Positions 57,873-64,000 of a stretch of 64,000 nt of DNA are shown in pieces; position 1 is the first letter of the stretch, and every line of letters begins with the position of its first letter. The translations under genes and the position numbers were made by a program. The notes under the pieces were generated by a model. That model saw nothing but the letters and a program-made list of their open reading frames with translations. It was not told the DNA's origin and did no database searches. The stretch is taken from positions 1 through 64,000 of the IMG/VR virus record IMGVR_UViG_2875499822_000002. One strand, 5' to 3'. The stretch comes from a virus. Its lineage: Duplodnaviria; Caudoviricetes.

Positions 57873-58477
57873 CTGTCCATTTCGTTCGGCACGGCGAAAG
57901 TGCTGCCAACGCCGGCACCGCAACATCCGACCCTGCACTTATTCCACTGACCGACCTGGGCTGGGTGCAAGCACGAGCTGTCGCTGAGACGTTCTTGCAG
58001 GCGCCGACCTTGATCGTCACTTCTCCTTACGAGCGAGCCGCTGATACTGCAAAGCCAACCATTGGGCGCTTCCCAGGCGTGCCGGTTGAGGTCTGGCCGG
58101 TGGAAGAGTTCACGTACCTTTCTCCATCCAGATGCGCGAACACCACGGCTGCTGATCGCCGACCTTGGGTCGAGAGTTACTGGACGTCTGCCGATCCGGA
58201 ATGTCTCGATGGGCCAGGCACTGAGTCTTTCGCGAGCCTGATACAGCGTGCCAGGGAATCGCTGCGCCAGCTGCATGGAATGCCTGGCACTGTTGCTGTC
58301 TTTGGCCACGGTCAATTCATTCAGGCTGTTCGATGGCTTGTCACGGAGGCTCCGGAGCGGGTCGACAGTGAGGCTATGCGGGCATTTCGTAGATTCGACT
58401 TAATTAATCCGATAGTGAATTGCCAAGTAGTCACTATCAAGCATGATTCTCAACGCTGGCTATTTGACAAGGAGTAA
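57866..58477 (+). CDS. Histidine phosphatase family protein
   Basis: FVRHGES, TSPYERA, VFGHG. Confidence 0.92.
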   Translation: MLTVHFVRHGESAANAGTATSDPALIPLTDLGWVQARAVAETFLQAPTLIVTSPYERAADTAKPTIGRFPGVPVEVWPVEEFTYLSPSRCANTTAADRRPWVESYWTSADPECLDGPGTESFASLIQRARESLRQLHGMPGTVAVFGHGQFIQAVRWLVTEAPERVDSEAMRAFRRFDLINPIVNCQVVTIKHDSQRWLFDKE

Positions 58478-58480
58478 GTC

Positions 58481-59530
58481 TTGAAACGCATGCCAAGAAA
58501 TCCTCTTAAATTCGATCCCATTGAGCTCTTCACTGCTGTTAGCAGAGACAATGACTATAAAATCGAAGAAGAAAAAGATATTGACGACTTTTTGGACAAG
58601 GTAGGCAAGTCGCTTAAATCTTCCCTGAAAAATCAGAACCTGCTGAACGGCAAGCGGGTAGAAGCATTGTTCGCACATGTTGCCGGAGCTTTAGGTCAGT
58701 GTGTGATGGTCAAGCAGGAGGATAGCGGAGCAATTTTCGCTGCCGGCATGAACGTCCAGGCACCTGACTACTCCATTGCACTCAATGACGGGACGAGATT
58801 TCTAGTGGAGGTGAAAAATTGTCACCATGGAGATCCTAAAGAAGATTATGAATTCCGGAAAGACTATGTAGAGCGCTTGGAAAACTACGCACGACTACAA
58901 GGAACAACAGTAAAATTCGCTATCTATTTCTCCAGACTAAGAAAGTGGACTCTTCTGTCAAAGAGCTCAATGACTGAGCACAAAAACAAGTACACAACAA
59001 ACTTCATAGAAGCTTATGCCAAAAGTGAAATGATAACGCTCGGCGACAGAATGATCGGCACAAAGCCTAAGCTCGGCATTGAGTTGATCACAAAGCTAGA
59101 TGAGGGCTCTGAAGTAAACGAAGACGGTCAAGCCTTGATTGTCATTGGTGACGTAAAGTTATATTGCGACGGCAAAGAGATTATATCTGACAAAGAAAAG
59201 AATATAGCATTCTACCTCATAAGATTTGGCGACTGGACTTCCGAGAACCCCTTGGCAGAGATGAATGGGGATCGGGTCAAGTCCATTAAATACGAGTTTT
59301 ATCCTGATGGGCCATGGGAGGAGGAGCAAGGGTTTGCAATGCTAGGCTCATTCAGCTCAATGGTAACGAGTGCGTACAACGAGCGTACCGTTTACGAAAG
59401 CAAGATCTACGCCCTAGACACAAAAGTTGACCCTGAAGTCTTCTCTATCGAAATTCCAGACGGCTATACTGGAGAGCAACTCCCACTTTGGCAGTTTGCC
59501 ATACAGCCAAATCTGGAATTCAAGCTGTAA
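58481..59530 (+). CDS. PD-(D/E)XK nuclease-like protein, candidate defence gene
   Basis: APDY-x9-FLVEVKN; low GC; no adjacent methylase. Confidence 0.75.
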   Translation: MKRMPRNPLKFDPIELFTAVSRDNDYKIEEEKDIDDFLDKVGKSLKSSLKNQNLLNGKRVEALFAHVAGALGQCVMVKQEDSGAIFAAGMNVQAPDYSIALNDGTRFLVEVKNCHHGDPKEDYEFRKDYVERLENYARLQGTTVKFAIYFSRLRKWTLLSKSSMTEHKNKYTTNFIEAYAKSEMITLGDRMIGTKPKLGIELITKLDEGSEVNEDGQALIVIGDVKLYCDGKEIISDKEKNIAFYLIRFGDWTSENPLAEMNGDRVKSIKYEFYPDGPWEEEQGFAMLGSFSSMVTSAYNERTVYESKIYALDTKVDPEVFSIEIPDGYTGEQLPLWQFAIQPNLEFKL

Positions 59531-59552
59531 AAAAGGGGCCGGCTGGCCCCTT
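59529..59552 (-). terminator. Intrinsic terminator after the major tail gene
   Basis: AAGGGGCCAGCCGGCCCCTTTTTT on the minus strand. Confidence 0.75.
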
Positions 59553-59562
59553 GCTCTATGAT

Positions 59563-60336
59563 TCAGTCTGCGTGCTCTTCTTTGTAATACTTGGAGAGAT
59601 CCGATCCTGTGACATACGGAGCGAGCTGGATAGTACCCTTGAGCTCAAGGTCTCCGTATTCTGTACTAATAAGCTGACGCTGACTCATCGGACTGATCGA
59701 GACATTATACATAGTAACTTTTACCGGAGACTTCCCTCTGCCTACGTTAAACCCATCGAATACAAGGCAAAGGTTCAAGTCGGAGTTTATCAGTGCTTCA
59801 AGGCGCTTGGTACTGACCGTAGAGTAAATAACTTCCACTTCAGTTCCGTCCTCAACAGCACCCTCCTCTGGGAAAAATATGTGGCCGTTGCTGACCAGGT
59901 AATCAGTACCCTCAACTAGAGCGTCTGATGTCGCGACATCCGTGATGCTGTCAACGGACGCAATGATACCGTCAGGAACAATTGCCTTGCCTTTATATGC
60001 GACATCCTTAAATTTCTTATTGGACTCAGCTGCGTCTTTGACGATCTGTGAGTACGCACCAAGCGCAACGTTCTCTGCGCTGACACTTTTCAGGTTGAGC
60101 GTGAGTTCTACAGTTGTTTTGGTCTTCTGCCTTTTGGCGACACCCATCGTTCCAGACATGGTGTCCTGCATTTCCACAAAATCAGTAGAGATAGCCATCA
60201 CTGCAGAGCTGATCATGCCGAGGTTCCAGTAACCGCCAGTTGGTTTTCCGCTCGACTTATTTACGTTGGATGCCATAACAGCACCATTACCGATATACCC
60301 TACGGTTTCGACCGTGGTATTGAGACCTGCATACAT
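59563..60336 (-). CDS. Major tail tube protein (non-contractile)
   Basis: GYIGNG...ENVALG...; D3112-like size and position; no sheath gene. Confidence 0.82.
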   Translation of the reverse strand: MYAGLNTTVETVGYIGNGAVMASNVNKSSGKPTGGYWNLGMISSAVMAISTDFVEMQDTMSGTMGVAKRQKTKTTVELTLNLKSVSAENVALGAYSQIVKDAAESNKKFKDVAYKGKAIVPDGIIASVDSITDVATSDALVEGTDYLVSNGHIFFPEEGAVEDGTEVEVIYSTVSTKRLEALINSDLNLCLVFDGFNVGRGKSPVKVTMYNVSISPMSQRQLISTEYGDLELKGTIQLAPYVTGSDLSKYYKEEHAD

Positions 60337-60377
60337 ATAATTGCACCTTTGTTATTATTGTTATGGTGTTGTTGTGT

Positions 60378-60821
60378 CTAGTCTAACACGATTCTTTGGC
60401 CCCAAATTACCGACCAGGCGCTATAGTTAGCCCTGTCTTTCTGGCCATTGAATGACTCGTTGATTGAATCAAGAGCTGGGATTTTGGTGTTTTTGTTAAT
60501 GTCGCCGCTGAAGTTCTCAATCGACCTCGCGATTTCGCATGCGGTGTTGGCCGCTATGCTCGACATACCGATTGAATCCTTATCGACCTTGGCAATTACC
60601 CATGCGCCGAAGAGTACATCTGCTTCTAGTCTGATCCTGTCCTTGCGCTCTGGGAACTTACCGCCAACGCATGACAGCAGGATATGCGGTCGTACTCCGT
60701 CCATCTTCATATCCTTGAGATCTTCTACTTGGAGCTGGCCTGAAAAGAATTTTATGGTCGGGCGGCATGGCAGTTTCTCAAGTTGCTGTTTGACAAGCTC
60801 CATGTGATCAGTGATATTCAT
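60378..60821 (-). CDS. Tail terminator (Mu gp37-like)
   Basis: 147 aa directly upstream of the major tail gene; WSVIWGQ C-terminus. Confidence 0.6.
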   Translation of the reverse strand: MNITDHMELVKQQLEKLPCRPTIKFFSGQLQVEDLKDMKMDGVRPHILLSCVGGKFPERKDRIRLEADVLFGAWVIAKVDKDSIGMSSIAANTACEIARSIENFSGDINKNTKIPALDSINESFNGQKDRANYSAWSVIWGQRIVLD

Positions 60822-61291
60822 ACGAGTGATTGCTCTATGTGCTTTATCATTATCTTAACATATTCATTCTTCCAAGTTTCTGGAAGGCCCTTCTCTTGGC
60901 TTGGGAGGAACATACGTTTAGTTACGTTAATCCCATCCTGGTGAGTATCTGCGTACTCCAGAGGTGAGCCGAGTACAACACTAAGCCCACGGGCTTCACC
61001 GAATATGCTGTTGCGCAGCATTCCAGTATCTATCAGTGGCTGACCCTCTCGATGTTTCAGGTCTGCCCATCGATTACCATACGGATCTTGCGACTTTCGG
61101 AAATTTGACTTAATTCGGTTTTCCCAAATCGCAGCGACTTCCCGCAAGCCTGCTCGGACGTGCTGGTTGTTCGGGCCGAGCTTCTTGATCTTTTGCGCGA
61201 GGGCTTGGAGCTGCTTCGTGTTTGCAACGAGTTCGACCGAGCGATCACCCGTTGATGATGCGGCGATGGCCCTAGTTATGATCGGTAGCAT
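60818..61291 (-). CDS. Virion morphogenesis / tail completion protein (Mu gpG / P2 gpS family)
   Basis: DPYGNRWADL, LIDTGMLRNSI, EYADTHQ.G, RMFLP. Confidence 0.88.
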   Translation of the reverse strand: MLPIITRAIAASSTGDRSVELVANTKQLQALAQKIKKLGPNNQHVRAGLREVAAIWENRIKSNFRKSQDPYGNRWADLKHREGQPLIDTGMLRNSIFGEARGLSVVLGSPLEYADTHQDGINVTKRMFLPSQEKGLPETWKNEYVKIMIKHIEQSLV

Positions 61292-61293
61292 GG

Positions 61294-61659
61294 TTAGGCT
61301 CGGAACAAGCGAATGTTAGTGAGCCGTGAGCCAGTCGTTGTCTCCCCCTGCGAGACCAGGTGGATCTTGCCCGTGGCGATGCCTTCCAGCAAGCCCAGGG
61401 CGTCTTCGTAGCGCTTCCGGAGGTTTTCATTGTCAGTGTCCGGCCAAGCGTTGTATCGGGCGATATCCAGCACGGAGCCACGGACGTCTGCGATAGCTAC
61501 CGGGTCGACCAAGGGCACTGCTATGCCGTTTGAACGGATGTAGGTGTCTGCGAGCCGGGATGCGCGGTCGATAGCTCTGACGACTCTGGTTTCTGCGTCA
61601 TCAGGCAGGTCGTCGTCTCCAAACTCGTCTCTGAAGTCTTGATAGCTTGCGTATGTCAT
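61294..61659 (-). CDS. Mu gp36 / DUF1320 head-tail adaptor
   Basis: MTYAS...AS..ADTY...DIARY...RYEDALGLLEGIATGKI. Confidence 0.88.
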   Translation of the reverse strand: MTYASYQDFRDEFGDDDLPDDAETRVVRAIDRASRLADTYIRSNGIAVPLVDPVAIADVRGSVLDIARYNAWPDTDNENLRKRYEDALGLLEGIATGKIHLVSQGETTTGSRLTNIRLFRA

Positions 61660-61719
61660 AAAAGCGTTTCTCTTAGCCAAAGTTGTGGGTGGTTCTCGCC
61701 CCTCGGCGGGTGTGTGGTC

Positions 61720-61778
61720 ACCCCCACTACTAGGTCTCTATTTAGAAGAAAGAATAAAAGCAGGACAGTAGTGGGGGT
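61720..61778. repeat. 12-bp perfect inverted repeat
   Basis: ACCCCCACTACT (61720) / AGTAGTGGGGGT (61767) around an AT-rich spacer. Confidence 0.75.
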
Positions 61779-61800
61779 AGCAGCGAGCGGTCGATACGAG

Positions 61801-62754
61801 TCATGTTTGATTAAGAAAAACTTCTTTTGATCTCAGCTCGTCCAGAGGAATGACGTGATGCGTGTCAAGATCGACGAAGCTTTCCAGCGGCTGCCCGGAC
61901 TTCCACAGCCTGTATCTCGCCGGGCCCAGAATCGCTTCCTGCTCTCGGTCACTCTGCTTGCTGAGCCAGTCCTCATATCCATCAGTGAACGCCGGTTCGT
62001 CGTCAGTCACAGCGATCATCACTGTCCTGCACCCCGGATGGAAAGGAGGCACCTTTCGGCCCTTGTCCGTCGTCTTGTAGATCTTCCCGTCCAGCGCCCG
62101 GCACACCGGGGTGGTACGTGAGTCGAGCACGGCACTGAGCTGATACGACTCGAACCCAACCCGCTCAAACGTCTTCAGCGAAGCTTGCGATGTGACGTGA
62201 GCTGATGCTGTACGAACCATCACCTCCGCATTGCGCTTAGCACCGAGGAAGGGATTTCCTGGCTCTGCATACAACGCATCAACGATCTTCGACGTCGACA
62301 GCCCATTCAACACACCCAGGCGAATCGTCTGCTTCACTTTGATCTGTGTTGCCAGCTTCTGCTCGTCGAGCCACTCCCCAAGAATTTTGCCGTCAAATGG
62401 ATCGTTGCTGACAATCGACTCAACCAGTTTTTCCGTGACCATCGAGTTTGTGAAATCGAAGCCCAGGAGCTTGCTCGTAAACTCAGACTCGTAAACAAAG
62501 AGGTCTCCGAGCTCGCGCCTGAGGGTATCGGACATGAGCTCGTACTCATCAGCGATGAGCTTATCGATTGTCACGAAAGTCTTCCTGAGGCGCGCTACCG
62601 CATTCCAGTTCCTGGCCTTCATTGCTTCATCAAGCTCAGCTTTCACAGAAACCTTCAGCGCTTGCAGGTGCAACGCAGCTTGCTTTGCGATCCTGGTGAA
62701 CTGGCCACGCATCGCAATCTGGTGCTTGATCGTCTTGTTCGCCAGTGACGCCAT
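61801..62754 (-). CDS. Minor head morphogenesis protein (Mu gpF / SPP1 gp7 family)
   Basis: AVLDSRTTPVCRALDG...PPFHPGCRT. Confidence 0.92.
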   Translation of the reverse strand: MASLANKTIKHQIAMRGQFTRIAKQAALHLQALKVSVKAELDEAMKARNWNAVARLRKTFVTIDKLIADEYELMSDTLRRELGDLFVYESEFTSKLLGFDFTNSMVTEKLVESIVSNDPFDGKILGEWLDEQKLATQIKVKQTIRLGVLNGLSTSKIVDALYAEPGNPFLGAKRNAEVMVRTASAHVTSQASLKTFERVGFESYQLSAVLDSRTTPVCRALDGKIYKTTDKGRKVPPFHPGCRTVMIAVTDDEPAFTDGYEDWLSKQSDREQEAILGPARYRLWKSGQPLESFVDLDTHHVIPLDELRSKEVFLNQT

Positions 62755-63212
62755 TACTTCGCCCCCTGGCCGACCTGACGGTAGTATTCCTGTAGCCCTG
62801 CAAGCTGTGCCTCGGTCGTGATTATTTGCTCTCTGAGACGTAGATAATCCTGTCGAGCAATGGCTGTAAGCGCGGGCTCTCTTGCATCATCCAAGCTGGT
62901 GGTGCCGGCAGCGGCTGACACTGCAGGTGGGCAGCTGGCATGGACGAGCACGCGCTTAGTGCCAACAGCGAGCTGATCACGAAGATTGTCGATCTGTTTT
63001 TTTGCATCACTCATTTCCTTGAACCGCTGCTTGTCTAATTCATCTCTGGCCTGGAGTGCTTGAGTAGCCTGTTGCGCCTGGCGCTCAAGCTGAACAACCT
63101 GGCTTTTGGCTTCGTCGATTTCACGCAGCAGGGCATCACGATTCCCCTTGAGTACAAGCCCGCCAAGGACAGCTACGGTCGTAAAAATGGCGATCAGCAG
63201 GTACTTGTTCAT
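62754..63212 (-). CDS. Rz i-spanin
   Basis: Start MNKYLLIAIF; TM plus coiled coil; DYLRLRE...LAGLQEY. Confidence 0.9.
   Translation of the reverse strand: MNKYLLIAIFTTVAVLGGLVLKGNRDALLREIDEAKSQVVQLERQAQQATQALQARDELDKQRFKEMSDAKKQIDNLRDQLAVGTKRVLVHASCPPAVSAAAGTTSLDDAREPALTAIARQDYLRLREQIITTEAQLAGLQEYYRQVGQGAK
62822..63010 (-). CDS. Rz1 o-spanin lipoprotein embedded in Rz
   Basis: Lipobox LSAC, PLPAPPAWMM. Confidence 0.8.
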   Translation of the reverse strand: MMQKNRSTIFVISSLLALSACSSMPAAHLQCQPLPAPPAWMMQESPRLQPLLDRIIYVSESK

Positions 63213-63673
63213 AGCCCCACCTCGCACAGCGCCCGCTCTTCCGCTCGCCTTGTAACCAGCCCGTTCAGCTTCACGCCCCTGGCATACACCCACCTCGACA
63301 GCTCGGCACATGCGCCTGCAGGATCACCCGCATTCAGCTTCTTCAGCAGTGTGGAGCTACCGAACTTCGTGCCGCCAACGTTGTAAACAAAAGAGACAAG
63401 TGCAGCCCGACGCTCGATAGTTAGATCGACTTTAACCCTAGATTCAACATCACCTATCGCCACCAAGAGATCTTTCTGAAGTAGCGCCTCACATTGCTCG
63501 CTGGTCTTGCTTTGTCCTAATTTAGCTGTCGCCGTGTGACCATAGCAAATTGTCGGTATTCCTACAGGATCTAGATAAGCCTTTGTCTCGATACCTTCAT
63601 GAGTAGAAACAACTATAGTGGCGATGGATAAAGTGGCAGCTGCTATCGCAGCCCGCAGCCTGCTAATCGCCAT
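63209..63673 (-). CDS. SAR-type lysozyme endolysin (GH24)
   Basis: N-terminal Ala-rich SAR helix; catalytic E-x8-D-x5-T (EGIETKAYLDPVGIPT); YNVG; GLVTRR. Confidence 0.93.
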   Translation of the reverse strand: MAISRLRAAIAAATLSIATIVVSTHEGIETKAYLDPVGIPTICYGHTATAKLGQSKTSEQCEALLQKDLLVAIGDVESRVKVDLTIERRAALVSFVYNVGGTKFGSSTLLKKLNAGDPAGACAELSRWVYARGVKLNGLVTRRAEERALCEVGL

Positions 63674-63875
63674 CCTTTGACTCCGCCGCTTCACGTTTGC
63701 TAGCGCGCTCTTCTCTAACATGCCTCCTGAATGAGAAATAGACACCGAGCACGACGGAAATAGCTGTGAGTATTAGAACCCAGTCACTTAGAGTTACTCC
63801 GCAGACTATGAGCCCTGACGCAGTAACGCCAGATAGCTTTGTGGACTCAATGGCCACAGATTGAGAAATTGACAT
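63663..63875 (-). CDS. Holin
   Basis: 70 aa, TM segments, charged C-terminus, overlaps the lysozyme start. Confidence 0.8.
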   Translation of the reverse strand: MSISQSVAIESTKLSGVTASGLIVCGVTLSDWVLILTAISVVLGVYFSFRRHVREERASKREAAESKDGD

Positions 63876-63941
63876 TAGTCTTTCTTCTTATTATTATGTG
63901 AGTCTATATTTTTATTGTAACACTTTAATCAGGGATGTGTT

Positions 63942-64000
63942 GTGAGCCTGAAATCAGCATTGGAATCAGCGGTCGAAAACTTCGATCCGAACAACCCATT
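63942..64000 (+). CDS. Possible start of a divergent gene (partial)
   Basis: AGGGA SD then GTG, open to the window edge (MSLKSALESAVENFDPNNP). Confidence 0.35.
   Translation, partial: MSLKSALESAVENFDPNNP

Larger units (their letters stand above)
38698..64000. mobile_element. Element B: lower-GC island with MobC/relaxase, headless non-contractile tail module and lysis cassette (right end outside window)
   Basis: Starts at the dusA att core; gene content as listed below. Confidence 0.8.

Noticed and set aside
47401-63875. Continuation of prophage A, or a contractile/T6SS-like system
   Set aside because: Lies beyond the att core, has lower GC, has its own tape measure and lysis genes, and lacks sheath and baseplate J genes
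1-64000. tRNA, rRNA or IS transposase genes
   Set aside because: None recognisable by eye; tRNAscan-SE and ISEScan would be needed to exclude them formally

Overview
The window looks like Pseudomonas DNA and holds two mobile elements in tandem at a dusA attachment site, with no ordinary chromosomal genes. (A) ~1-38,700 is a GC-rich temperate prophage, apparently intact although its left end lies outside the window. It has a lambda-type head (GpA terminase, portal, ClpP-type protease, decoration protein, gpE capsid), a P2/R-pyocin-type contractile tail, a split lysis system (holin upstream of terminase; GH19 endolysin and Rz/Rz1 after the tail), a primase-helicase, a CI/Cro switch and two PrtN-family genes. 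It also carries a cargo two-component system (hybrid kinase plus HD-GYP regulator) and a tyrosine integrase next to a phage-supplied dusA 5' end. (B) ~38,700 to beyond 64,000 is a lower-GC element that interrupts that dusA start. It encodes a HEPN-motif protein, a 21-bp-period palindrome array, MobC plus relaxase, accessory genes, a lysis cassette and a D3112/Mu-like non-contractile tail and neck module. That module has an intact -1 chaperone frameshift but no terminase, portal, protease or major capsid gene in their usual positions. Element B is the best candidate for an undescribed system: a relaxase-carrying, headless, tail-making island whose main genes have (AAN)n Hfq/Crc-like leaders. 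All family assignments come from recognising motifs and gene order by eye; no database searches were run.
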